A DNA stretch of 59,715 nucleotides, filler included, from Sphacelaria rigidula (lineage: Eukaryota), in assembly GCA_964200075.2 (NCBI GenBank). It is 9 parts of 9 records of this genome, joined end to end, with 100 filler letters (N's around TTAATTAATTAA, not from the genome) between each part and the next. Parts side by side here need not be neighbours in the genome. Positions count along the whole stretch, not along the records: positions 19,942 to 26,487 come from CAXNAA020019428.1; positions 26,588 to 33,133 come from CAXNAA020019429.1; positions 33,234 to 39,779 come from CAXNAA020019430.1; 6 more parts are not named here. The stretch is one strand, 5' to 3'. The position numbers were made by a program, and so were the translations under genes. Shown here piece after piece: positions 23,976-35,938 of the stretch (positions are counted from its first letter, which is position 1; the number at the start of each line of letters is the position of its first letter). The notes under the pieces are model-generated. The model was given only the letters and a program-made list of their open reading frames with translations, searched no databases and was not told where the DNA came from.

Positions 23976-24567
23976 CGTAAACGGTGGTTCACTTCCCAGC
24001 TCAGCGCCTGGTGGTCGTGGGTCGGGTACCCTGTCGGGCAGGATTAGGTTCCTCTTCTCGGGTGGAGGGTCGGTTTTGCTTGGTGGCGTCACGGGGTCGC
24101 CTCCGAGAGGGGAGGGGGAATAAGTATTGACTCGCGGTACTTTCCGAGGTGTGGAGTTGTCGTTTCTCGAGGCAAACGCCTCTTTCTCCCGCAACAAGTG
24201 CCGTTGGAAATCCGACAGGAGCTCGGCACGGGTGTCGTAGAAGCAGTCATGACACCTTATATATTCTGGACATGATCCCCCGCCGACAATTTAAACAGTT
24301 TTTTTTGGCAGGGGTGGCTCTGCATTCGTAGCAAGGGTGAGAACTGTTCTCGTCCGCTTTGACGAGGGTCTTTGCGCAGGTGCGGCCGTCGGCGTGGGCG
24401 TATACTCTGTCTTTACCGCCGTTGGGGTCGGCCATGCGGTGGTATGGAGTGCTGACCTCGATGTCTACGCCACACGCAAGGCAGAGGAAGGGGACCTATT
24501 CCCGGCGCCCTTCGGGATTGACTTTGCCTCCTGGGATACAGACACGTGGGTAGTGCACACGGAGCAC
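23976..24567 (-). pseudogene. Decayed exon encoding a Cys-rich (CxxC) putative zinc-binding protein
   Basis: acag|VLRVHYP...CLACG...HADGRTC...CYEC...CLNC...[frameshift]CHDC...PPFT|gtaagt; one stop and one frameshift. Confidence 0.35.
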
Positions 24568-25380
24568 CTGTCAATGTCGAACGAATCGGCGGAAGGACGA
24601 AGGGATGGTTGCGGAAAGTTTCACAAGGCAAGTAAGGAAGGAAACATGGTTGTACTATGAGCGCATGCGTGCGAACGGGTGTTGAAAGCAACCATTTCCA
24701 GTAGGTGGAAAAGGAGGGAAGTGGGATAATAGGTTGCCTTCGGTAATCAGGTTACTCCTCGATGAACTTACAGTGAGAAAACCACCGGCTTGTTAGTAAC
24801 TGTGGCATTCTATACAAACTGGTACAGCATGTAGGAGTGTGTTATATTGCGTTAACACAAAGAAGGTGGAAGGTGCCTTTCCAGCGCCCCGTTCCCCATG
24901 TGTGTTGAATCGTAGGCTGAAAACGGGCGATGTCAACTCCTGCGGGAAAGTACACCGAACACATGCATTAAATGGGCTTGGAAGTGAACCAGTTAAAAGT
25001 GTGCATCTTCATTGTAACTAGAGTTAAACTGGAAATGGCTACGGGGGCGCCAGTTGTCCAGTTCATCTGGAGGTGTTGTGACGCTTGTCGTTACCAAGTA
25101 TTCTTACAGTAGTTTTTAATATGTGGAGTTTATAACCAAGACAAATTTTATATAATTAAACTGTACGATTGAAGGTTGCAGTCTACAGCAGTACAGGTAC
25201 CACAAACTTCGTTGGTACCTAGTTGTTCTGCAGTTTTTATCTATCGACGACAGCGGGTCGGCCGACGGTTGGTCAGGCAAATGAGGAAAACGAAGAAATG
25301 AACAGGTGTGACTTAGTTATGGTAGGGCGCTTGATGCGGAAGTGCCGAACGCCAAGCCCCAATTGCCAATTGCATGAAGA

Positions 25381-25823
25381 AACACGGGATCTTACAAATT
25401 AGGGATGGGTCTTTTATTATGGGATGAGAAACCCGGAGAACTAAAATCTCCGTATCCACACGAAATCTTCGAAACATGGTTCCAGCTCTTCACCTACTGA
25501 TAGCTTTTCGCAACTGCTACACGCCATGGAAATTTGGATTTCTATCACCGAAATGTTGGGATCCTAGGTAAAAAACAATTATGGGGAATTCCGGGTGTCC
25601 GAACGGACGCCAAAATGGTTCCGAAATTATTTTTTCACCAAGGACCGCAAAATTTCGGTGATCGAAATCGAAATTTGTATGACGTGTAGCAGTTATCAAT
25701 AGCTATCAGTAGGTGAAGGAATGGAACTATATTTCGAAGATGTGGTGTGCATATGAAGACTTTTATTCTCCGGGTTTCTCATCCCCAATGAAAGATTCAT
25801 CCCAATTTCCAAGATCCCGTGTT
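25381..25823. mobile_element. AAC...GTT foldback MITE with perfect 4-bp TSD (aaga)
   Basis: Near full-length hairpin aacacgggatctt...aagatcccgtgtt flanked by aaga on both sides. Confidence 0.85.
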
Positions 25824-26430
25824 AAGAGCGCGCTGAACATGATGTAGGACATACCCACTACACCTCGAAGTGCTTATACTACCACCACTACACCTGGCGG
25901 TCCGCGTTATCGTGAATCCGGCTAGCCGCCAACTCGGCATCACTGTCCATGTTATGGGGCATCGACAAACAAAGCGGTGCCACGGCTATGTATTATATTG
26001 AGGGGCCGTGAAGAGGAAGACATGTTACGTGGACATCACAAGTACGTGCTACCTCTCTCTTCGGGTGAATGACTGACTCGTGGAGCAGTTGAAACAAATC
26101 GATGCCGTGGCATCAGATTTTGATCAAGCCGTGTCTCACAAAACAAATCGACTCGAAAACATGCGGTCAAATCGAATTGGTCGCTACGAGGCCGTATCAG
26201 ATACTCCCACGGTATTTATGTTCTCGGAACGCTCCAAGTCCATTGTATAATTAGTTGCGCGCGACGGGCATGGTTTAACCAGAAAAGCTTAGCTTTTTCG
26301 AGCGAAACGAGCGGCGGAACGGACGAACCGGCGCGTAACTTCTATGTTGCAGACAACCGTGCCAGTTGTTATTACTGAGTATTTTCATATTTGTTTTACT
26401 ATGCGAAATTTATAACAAAGAAAAGGTATA

Positions 26431-26487
26431 CTTCCTCTGTCCCATAAGTAAAGTCCGTTATGGGCTTTTAATCGTTTGTGCATTCGA
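26431..26487. mobile_element. Mariner/Stowaway-like TIR at contig end
   Basis: TA|cttcctctgtcccataagt, identical to the end at 21090. Confidence 0.65.
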
Positions 26488-26587
26488 NNNNNNNNNNNNN
26501 NNNNNNNNNNNNNNNNNNNNNNNNNNNNNNNTTAATTAATTAANNNNNNNNNNNNNNNNNNNNNNNNNNNNNNNNNNNNNNNNNNNN
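26488..26587. other. Artificial contig-joining linker
   Basis: N44-TTAATTAATTAA-N44. Confidence 0.98.
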
Positions 26588-29500
26588 TACTGTTTTAGGC
26601 TTGAACCTCATCTCGGAGTTAAACCTCAACTCGCACAATTTGTTGTTATGGGTTCTTTGCGGTTGCGACCCTTCAAGGAACAATTACACTCATCAAATAA
26701 AAGGGAACCGGGTACCGTAGTTTTTGCGGAACTCGGTAGGGTGGTTAGCCGGGCACTTGAGCAGTTGGGAGGTGCTTGAGTGTGTGGCTTCGAATTTGGT
26801 GTCCTCCACTGAACAGGCGAAGGGACAGCGACTACCGTACCACAAGATATTTGGGCTCCTGATGTGGTAGAAACTGCACTACATGACTTCCTCTCCTTTG
26901 AAGGGAGGGGATTCGATTGAATATGATTAGTACCTGGTGAATGTAAAACTGGGTGATCAAATCCAGGATTAAAACGTTGAGTTTGGTAACCGCTCCATTG
27001 ATAGCCATGCAACGGTGCACGGGCTTCGACTGATTTGGAACCCTTCAAGGCAGTGTCAGCATATCCAGGGAACCCACACCACATGGTTGAACACGCGGTG
27101 GCCACTGCTGATTCGTGCGTGTGATGTGTGTGACCTGGCCGAGCGAAAACAAATGTTGACATCAAAGTGTTGGATACTTCTGCGGTGGAATACGGGTTAT
27201 TGTTTATTTCTAATTGTGGGATGGTACCAACTAAATGAGAAATGAACTACAGAAGTAGAAAATAAACAGGCAGGTGGCGGCGCTTAGGTTTTGGGCTATA
27301 CAACGCGTCCTGGGTTACCCCACTGTATGCTATTTGGAACCTCCGGAACTTGTAGAACGTTTCCAAAAGGTTGTCAAGTTCCGAGGTGAGCATCAGTGTT
27401 GTATGGGTACCTCCCTGGCGTGGTTCAGCCGCGATACTAGGTCCATTGATGTGTGAACGTCTACCGTTTCGTGAATGGACTGGTGCATGCGGTTGAAAAT
27501 GTGCCAGGTCAGGTGGGTCAGGCGGTGAATCAGTTGTCGCCTTGGGAGCGGAGCAGGCGACCGTACGAACGCAGTTGTGATTGCCAGACTTGCCAACATA
27601 GTCCCAAATGACGCGAAGCTTCCAATTGTGTTTTTGTCAACAGCTTTAACTCTTGCTCCGCAATAAAGCAAGAAAAGAACATGTCGAAGGCACACAATTA
27701 GTTTGTGTGTGTATTGGAATAAATTGTAACAGCAAGAGACAAGAAAACGAAGGTTGTCACAAGCAACAGACATACAGTGTCTGTCACCAGCGCAACAGCG
27801 CTTCAACAAACCTGGATGCCACGAAGGGATATACGTAGGGGACGCAGCGGACCGCAACGTCAAACCCCTTAGTTCTATCTTGAGAGCATGTTGAGGTTGA
27901 GGAAAAAAAAAACTACCGGATGCCGTGTTTCCAGAGGCAACGCTAGCGCAGCTGGCGATACTCATATAACAGCACCGCTTAGTTCACTGAAGATAGCCGA
28001 GTTGGGGTCTTGGTGGCGTACATCGTACAGGTAAACATTTAATGAATGTACAATAACAACTGAAATACAAATGTGTAGTGCAGTGCAGATAGCAGCGTAA
28101 AAAGCACCAGACAACGAAATGCTATGTGGCACAGTACAGTACACATGATCTTCACGTGGTCCAGCGGGCGTGGTCAACAGTGCAGTACGATGTCAATTTG
28201 TTCGCATCACATGAAAAAAACCCCGACACAACGTTATCCCCGCGCCGTGTTCTTATCTACGATACAATATAGATGACTTCGTTCAGATGGTGTAGCAGTA
28301 CCAACGCATGCTACAGAACGACACCTCACCGTCCGCACGATTTTCCCCGCTGGGACCATTTGTAATTGAAACGGTGCTGTACTGTCGTCAGCACTTCAAT
28401 TCGGAACAATACTTGAGTCATCCTACGATAGGGGGGGGGGAAGGTGAGTAGGATGACTCACTTCAACGGGAAAGGTGAGTGGCCTTCTGGACGACCAAGT
28501 ATGTACTGTAGTGCGTGTTGGTGGGGCGGCAATCAACTGTAGTGTACACTGGTGCCGTGCAAAAGCAACAAAAGTACAGAGCCGAGCGCTTGAGTACAAG
28601 TAACATGAGCCTCGCGCATCGCCGTGTTCAATCATGCTCGTGTACAGACAACATTCGTATCCTGGTCCATCATGCCGCATCGATATAATTCGGTGCGCAT
28701 GGTGGCTTAACGTTCCGTGTTTGGGCAAGAAAAGTCGTATGTACAGCGGGCGGCGATTGAAATAGCCCGCGAACTCTTGACCTGCAATTAATCGGCGTGT
28801 GTTTGGACACATGTCGGTCGATTCGGTTAATACAGAATCGACAGACTGCGAGCAGGGACGCTTGCGGGGGCAGGTGGTCGGGAGGGCGGTGAAAAAGCTA
28901 CGGACCCTTGAGGGGCGTATCTAAACAAGGAACGTGTGAGCGGCTCTATTATCCGAGAGCCGCCCGTGAGTGAAAAAGGACACGGCACTTCAAATCGAGT
29001 GTGCATGAAAACGCTATGCGTTCTTTGTGCAGTGTAAAACGTTGCCAGAGAGAGCGCATCCGCCACAGTGAGTTGGCTTGTACCGTTGATATGACCTGCA
29101 GGGTGCGGGGAATATGCTTGTGCAGCAAGAGAGGGCTGACGTGTGCGCTCGTACCTTGAGCGCTTCATGGTTCGGTTGCCACTGCCTGAAATCAATGTGG
29201 GTACTGTATGACACATCGAACACCTGCAGCTGACTCGAGTTGGGATGTCTGTTAAACTCCGAGTAAAAGAGAAAACAGCTGTCTAAGAAGCTGTGTAATT
29301 ACCTTGGTGTATTACACCGCTAAATCATGAACACAAATATCAAGTGAAAATGAGGGCCGAAAATACAAGGTTTTCGAGAGAAAACCGTGAGCTGGTGTTT
29401 GGCTGTGTGTAAACAGCGGCCGATCGAAAGAGAGAAACCGTACATCTTGAATGAAACGAGCTACCTCTGAAGCCCCATAATGTGGTAGTATTAGATGCAA

Positions 29501-29825
29501 AGCAAGCCACAACCCAAGATGGGTGAGTATGTGACGCACTGGTCCTGTTTTTGGCTCGTAACTCAAACTGTACGTTTCTCTCGCCCAAGGCACTCGTCAA
29601 CAGCAGACAGCTGTTATTGAAAGTAAGCATCGAGCTCTTTCGATAAAAGGAAACACCAATTGACACCAAGGGATTAAGATACACGTTACTCACTTCTTGA
29701 GAATGGCTTGCCAGCCAGGAAGATGAGACTTCGCGCAGAGCAGATGAAAGGCTGATGGTCCTTCTTGTGATTAGGTCTACGGTAGCTGTTTCTGGCGGTG
29801 GGTTGCAGGTGAGCATCGTAGGCTA

Positions 29826-30148
29826 TGCGGCACACGATTACCCTCAAAAACTTCTAGCTACGCATAAAATCTCGTCATATAAATACCACTCAGCGTGGCG
29901 CACTGTACCTTATGCCAATCAAAGCTGTAGTAGCAGCAGGTACACGCGGCTAATCGGGTACAATCCGATATCTACCTTCACGCCGCTGTGTCAACAGTAC
30001 AAGGATCCAACTCCTGCCTCATACAAAATGCATATCCCGAAGAACTAGTTTTAATTCAGGCACTCAGTCATTTACCATCACATTAGCCCACCCTGGATCG
30101 TTCAAGTGCAGTCGCTTTTCAGAAAGGACGGACTTGCATCGAGCCACA
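29826..30148 (-). repeat. Candidate 3' LTR (323 bp)
   Basis: TGTGGC...GCCGCA inverted ends next to a PPT; no second LTR in the contig to confirm. Confidence 0.5.
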
Positions 30149-32700
30149 CCTCTCCCACACCACAGTAAATTGAGACTCCATTTGAAGATCGAGTCCTCTT
30201 GGGTCCGGGGAACGAGAAGGGGCGATCAACACAAAAAATCAGAAACTTACCAACCCAAGCACAAACCAAAGAGAGAAAAGTTTCTAACCGAAAAAATGAT
30301 TCGGTGTCCTCATGTCCCGTAAGTTCTTCAGACGGGATCATGGGAAAGGATAATAAGAAAAAAAAATAAGACCCAAAAAATGCAGTGGCTCCAGAATGTC
30401 GTACGCATTTCCGGGATAGACAGGAAATCAGAGACCAATCATTCAAACGATTATCCTACGCTGCCATAACTTTATCATGAATAAATAGTTCGCCCTTTTC
30501 CGAATGTCCGAATTGTTTTAGGTCAGTGGTAGAAAAACAAGCAAGCCCGCCAAGGCATTATATCACTTCGATAACCAAGTTCATGCTAATCACTCGTCCC
30601 AGTCAATCAGTAAAAGTAAACAACGTACAGCCGAGTTCGTCGTGGAAATGGTAGTTTCCCGCGAAAACCATACGTTGAAAGAAAAAGAAAATAATAATAC
30701 GGACAAATCAACTCGTTTGACGTGAGTTAATTGTCGGTACTTGTTTGTGAGAACAACGACTTGCTGGGGACGTCTGGTTGATGATCCCGTCGTATAGCAT
30801 TTTTCTTTTCTTTTCTCACACGACGATACGAAAACAACTGACCGGTTTGTGAGGTCAGGTGTCCGTACACGTCAAAAGAAACGTGGTGGACAATACACAA
30901 CCTTCGGGCCTACTGCGTAGTTCCGAGGCGGATCACCCAACACATTTCTGAACCACGACAAATACACAGGACAAAGAAGACCAACGCAGCCCACTCCTCA
31001 CAGTATTTGCCCGTTCGGACTCAAACGAGACTGGCTCGAACACAAAGTGGAGTAAAACCCACAGCCGGTCGTACCGTCACGTTACTTCGTCCAATAATCC
31101 CTGATAAAAACAAAACACCACCGACCAATTTCAGGGGCGGATAATTGTACGTGAAAACTAGTAAAAGTGACAGAAAAAAGTAGCGAGTGGCGGACTCTGA
31201 GCTTCTAGGCTATACCAACGGTCGAGTACCGACATAGCGAAACGGACAGTTCCGAAAGAGCGACCTACCTCATCATGATACGTGATGGTCCTGTATGAGG
31301 AGACGTTTGCAACCGATCTTACCGCGCTTCAATAACAATTCTTCAACACCGCTATGTACGACGCGGTCAATGGTGGCCTCGTTGTAACTTTCAACCACCA
31401 AGTATAAATCATCGCGTCGCATTACCCGTGACCCTCCTATAAACGAGGTCGGTACCATGCGGCAGGACTCGCAAAAAAAAGTAGGCCAAGTGTTCAAGAC
31501 TCGAGGGTCAGAAACATTGGAATACTCTTCTTGGCGAAATTCCCGACATGGACGCAGAAACCAAACCCAAAACAAATAACCAGGGGCACGCTGGCCAACA
31601 GCGAAAACGAAAATCCGCAACACAAGGCAGGAAAATAACACCTGCAACCGTCCTTGTAAACGGGAGCGGTTATCGTGTGTATGAAGCAAGTAGGGTCAAA
31701 AAGGTTCAGCCAAGAAGGTCAAAACATTCCAGGCAACCCATGTCAAATATAAAATCAACGTGGTACGCACACAAAAAGGGGACACGTCATTACCGATCCT
31801 ACATGGGGGAGCGGTATGCGTGTACGGAGCGGTTGGGCAAGAGCGCAATTATTCCAGACGGGGAGGTTAGGTATATGCAGCGCTCACTCCTAAAACTCTT
31901 AACCGAAAACGCAAGAATAAAATAAAATGAAGAAGAATACCGACAACATATGACACACACAAAAAAAAGGACACGTCATGACCGGTCCCGAAGAGGGAGA
32001 CGGCACTCGTGTGCAGAGCGATTGAACAAAAGCGCAAATAATATTCCAGACGTGCGCGTCAGGTATGGCTAGCGCTTGCTCCAGAAACTCTTCCATCGAA
32101 ACAAAAAGAATCAAAGATAAAGACCACGCAATAATAAAGCATGACAACATGTGCGTACAACGAAAAATAAATGAAGACATAATCAACTCGTGGCAACTGT
32201 TCCGGTGGACGGAATGGTTGTGAATGTACGGCGCGGAGGACGGAAGTTCAAGGTTCCAGACTCAGGGTCAGGAATGGAACGATCGTCACTTGTACTTCGC
32301 CAGATGGACCCAAAACTACCCAATAAAAGTACCCATCGAACACGAAAAATGGAACACAAAGGACGAGGCGAAAATAAAAGAAGACAAAACAAACTATGAC
32401 GAAGACAACAACAAAGGCAAAAAAAATCGAAGCAAAAAAAAACAGAGTCCAAGCAACAAAAAACAAGACGCAACACAAAAACAAAGAATACAAAATACAA
32501 AAACGAAAGACTACATACCAAACACGACACACCGGCACACATCAACCGCTGCAAGTACGGGGCTAACCAGTACGAAAAAAAAAATGAAGTGGGGGAGAGG
32601 GGGGAACACATGGTTGTCCAACGACGTGACAATGCAAGACAAGCGACTCGAACGCGGTACACTACGCAAGGTGAATGGGGAAGCAGACTCGGATGCGGCG

Positions 32701-33132
32701 TCATGAGTCATCTGCATCCCAAGCGGTGTCCGTGTTCCGTAGAACGGCTGTTTCGAGTTCGCCTTGGTCGTGTCGTTGGAGGCACCAGGATCCCCTCCGA
32801 GCGGTCGGCTCCTCGGTGTAGTACGCATCATCCAAGCGAATCTTAAGGGGGCTCGGGTCATCAAGAAAACGGATAAAGTAGGAGTGGTCAGATGCAGGGT
32901 CGACCAGATGAATTTTTCCTAACCACCACAGTGAATCCAAAGCCTTATACCAAAAATACGCCCCTTTTGGCAATCGTTTTCCGTGGAAAGACTGCATGTA
33001 TTGTGAACGCGAGAGGAGGCTATAGCCTGTCACAACAAACCGCGCTGAGTGTTCACGTGCCAGTTCTCGAGCGGCAGCTCCTTTGCGCATCGACCGATAT
33101 CTCTTATTCAGCGGGCGGTGTTGGGCGGTATC
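32701..33132 (-). CDS. Gypsy Pol/integrase C-terminal region with Tudor-like domain
   Basis: DTAQHRPLNKRYRSMRKGAAAREL...GAYFWYKALDSLWWLGKI...YFIRFLDDP...RGSWCLQ; intact frame to stop; recalled as typical of brown-algal Gypsy Pol ends. Confidence 0.7.
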   Translation of the reverse strand, partial: DTAQHRPLNKRYRSMRKGAAARELAREHSARFVVTGYSLLSRSQYMQSFHGKRLPKGAYFWYKALDSLWWLGKIHLVDPASDHSYFIRFLDDPSPLKIRLDDAYYTEEPTARRGSWCLQRHDQGELETAVLRNTDTAWDADDS

Positions 33133-33133
33133 C

Positions 33134-33233
33134 NNNNNNNNNNNNNNNNNNNNNNNNNNNNNNNNNNNNNNNNNNNNTTAATTAATTAANNNNNNNNNNN
33201 NNNNNNNNNNNNNNNNNNNNNNNNNNNNNNNNN
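33134..33233. other. Artificial contig-joining linker
   Basis: N44-TTAATTAATTAA-N44. Confidence 0.98.
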
Positions 33234-33494
33234 GAACTGCGCTCCCGCTCGCAAGGCATGCGTTTGCAATGGTTAAACGAGTAACGCAAGCAACAGATGG
33301 CTCCCTCTCCCCCCCCCCCCCTTTGGTCTCGGCACTGCCATCGCTGCAATCGACGATGCTAATCTGTAGGATTTATTGTGCTTACTCTGCCTTTCTTTTT
33401 TTCATCACAGAGAAATTCAGCTAAAAATAATCAACGGGAGAATCAAACATTAGCTTTGATGAAGACGCCCTAATAACCCCTCAGCCCCTTAATC

Positions 33495-33558
33495 TGCTCC
33501 GTCTCGAAAGGGATGCGTGGTCAATGGTCAAATGACTAAGGCAAGCAACAAATGAGTG
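33495..33558 (+). mobile_element. LINE 3' end
   Basis: gctccgtctcgaaagggatgcgtggtcaatggtcaaatgactaaggcaagcaacaaatga (APSRKGCVVNGQMTKASNK*). Confidence 0.8.
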
Positions 33559-33691
33559 AATGAGTCCCTTAATCAGCGGTGACTTAATGGCTCATTCCGT
33601 CGTTGCTGCGACGTCTCAGTACACACACCACGCGCAAAAATTCCGTAGCCTGAGAGAGATCCTGCTAGTTTCCGTATGTATCATCTTCAGA

Positions 33692-34010
33692 AACAGTCGA
33701 CTTTCAAAATTGACGATGGAGCTTTTCATTGAGGTGGATAACCCAGAAACATATCTTCGTATCCACACCGATTCCTCCAAATTTGGTTGCATTCCTTCAC
33801 CTAAATTCCCCCTTATTGCTTTTCACCTAGGACTTCATAATTATGGTTATCGGAATTCAAATTTGTATGGCGTGCAGTAGTTGTCAGTAGCTCCTAGTAG
33901 GTGAAGGAATGCAACCATATTTTGAAGAATTCGTGTGGATACAAAGATATTCTTTTTCTAGGTTTCCATCCTCAATGAAAAGCTCCATCTTCAATTTTGA
34001 GAATCTCATG
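33692..34010. mobile_element. Foldback MITE related to 25381-25823
   Basis: tcaaaattgacgatggagcttttcattgagg / cctcaatgaaaagctccatcttcaattttga; shares agtaggtgaaggaatg. Confidence 0.7.
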
Positions 34011-34331
34011 AATCATAAGATCATCACGCGGACAAACGTTCAGCCGCAGAAGAAAACACGGATCCGAATCTCTCTAAAGCTCTGTTAATCAAGAGATTCC
34101 GGTCACACGAATCCGAGCAATAGGGCACGAATGGGCGGGTAAACCTACAAGGGATTCGACGTCTTGGCCGTTGGCATTCCTTTTGGAGAACGAGTTGCTT
34201 TTAGCGTGCTGATATAATTGTCTAGAAATGACCCACTTCACGCGCGGAGTAGAGGACATGAATTGGTTCCGACTGGATTGGTAGCCGTTTGAGCGCGAAG
34301 CTCTTCTTCGTATCTCACCTCTAGAATAACC

Positions 34332-34781
34332 AACAGCGGATTCCCAAAAATATGGTTGAACAAATATATGAGGTTCATCTCAAAAGCAGTGCTTTCCCTG
34401 ACCTAAGGTCATGACGAATGACTTTCATATGGACGAACTCATCCCGCCCGATCATATGGATGACCTCATCCCTCCCGACCTCCCTGAAACTATCCCGGGG
34501 GGGATCCAGCCTTCCGTTCCCCCGAAGGGTATGTGCGAAAGCGCGTTTCTTGGGCTAAAAAGCGTCCCTTTTTTCAAACCGAAATCGAGGCATAAATGTG
34601 CTTTCGCACATACCCTTCGGGGGAACGGAAGGCTGGAAATCCCCCGAGACAGTTTTAGGGGGGTCAGGAAGGATGAGGTCGTTCATATGAAGGTCATTTT
34701 CCATTACTTTAGGTCATGGAAAAACACTGCTTTTGAGTTGAACCTCATTATTTGTTCAACCTTATTTGAAAATCCGCTGTT
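34332..34781. mobile_element. AAC...GTT foldback MITE with perfect 4-bp TSD (aacc)
   Basis: aacagcggatt...aatccgctgtt; inner arm ccagccttccgttcccccgaagggtatgtgcgaaagc is perfectly inverted. Confidence 0.85.
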
Positions 34782-35836
34782 AACCGTAGGTTGAAATCGA
34801 GTGATCAATGCTCGCATTGATTGGTGCGCATTGAGTCAGCGGAAAGAGACGATTAGATGTTTTCCCGTCAAACGCGTTGCCGCGTGAAAGTAACCACCAC
34901 GAACGTCATCAAAGGAACGATTGATGTTGTCGTGGGGGCTGGTCCCGACAAAAGAGACCAACAAGGCGGGACTGTAACTTAACTAAGGTGGTCCTCCGTT
35001 GATTTTTCTTGAGGTCGTTGATAATTCAGGACCGATTGCACAAGTTTGCGATTGCCTTTTTCTTCAGTATAAACGTGTCGAGACGATTTTCACGATCATA
35101 TGCGCCGAACCAAGCACAGCTCGGAGAGCGTCGACGAATGTATATGGCGTCGTCGGTCATGGGGTGTTGGCAGTTTTTATGCCGGGCCCGCTGTTGTTTC
35201 CCATACAATATTATGGGCATTCCAAGCACCAGTCTTCAGTACGGAGTCGCAGTTGGTTTTTCTTCGTTGTGATATCTTAGCCCGTTGTCTTGAAGTATTG
35301 TAGCTCGTTCTGATCCAAGAAGTTGGTGATGATGAGACGGATCCCTCTTCAAGATCGGGCTATTTCAAGCCCGTCAGGTATTGGGGACGGGCTGCATGGC
35401 GAAAACAAGACAGCTCGAAGCATCTTTATTCAACAGGAAGGAACGTTGCTAAGCCCGATGTTTCGAGGAGGAATGGGACGAATCGACCACGTGAACGTCT
35501 CGAACACCGTACATAGCTCTCCATTGTTTCTTTTGACGGCAGAAACGCCTTTCGTTTACTGAAATCGTCATACCTTTCGAAAACGAAAGTAGAACGGAGA
35601 CCTATAGTAGTAGTAACCGTGATGAGTACCTTCGAGTGCTGAGTGAGTGTGCCCCTCCGCTCAATTTTTCAGGCCGAGTGATGCTACGGTGAGGTTGCAC
35701 AAACACCAAAGTTTTTCGTGAGATTGAGAGTAACAGATCGAATTGAGAGTCAACAATTTATTCCAAAGACGGTCTCATGCACATTTCAAAATATTGCACG
35801 ACACGTTGACGTGTAGCATAATGAGAGGCTAGTTAA

Positions 35837-35938
35837 CCCTTAGACCGTGAGGGTAGGTCACCTGCTGAATCGGCATCAATTTTCACTTGAAAAAAGTATG
35901 CGTGATCCAGATGGACTACCCGCACCGCGTTCTAAGGG
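35837..35938. mobile_element. 102-bp piggyBac-type MITE
   Basis: TTAA|cccttaga...tctaaggg|TTCA; empty site gctagTTAAccgtcg at ~36970. Confidence 0.8.

Larger units (their letters stand above)
29826..33133 (-). mobile_element. 3' part of a Ty3/Gypsy LTR retrotransposon (pol end, long 3' spacer, PPT, 3' LTR)
   Basis: pol C-terminus at 32701-33132; PPT-like gtgtgggagagg at 30149-30160 directly before TGTGGC; candidate LTR 29826-30148 ending GCCGCA. Confidence 0.6.

Noticed and set aside
26588..29800. Protein-coding gene in the 5' half of contig 5
   Set aside because: Several partly open frames but no recognisable motif or consistent exon chain; left unannotated
32183..32706. Hydrophobic 173-aa and Lys-rich 160-aa ORFs as env or membrane proteins
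   Set aside because: Explained by strong T/A strand bias of the Gypsy 3' region; no recognisable motifs
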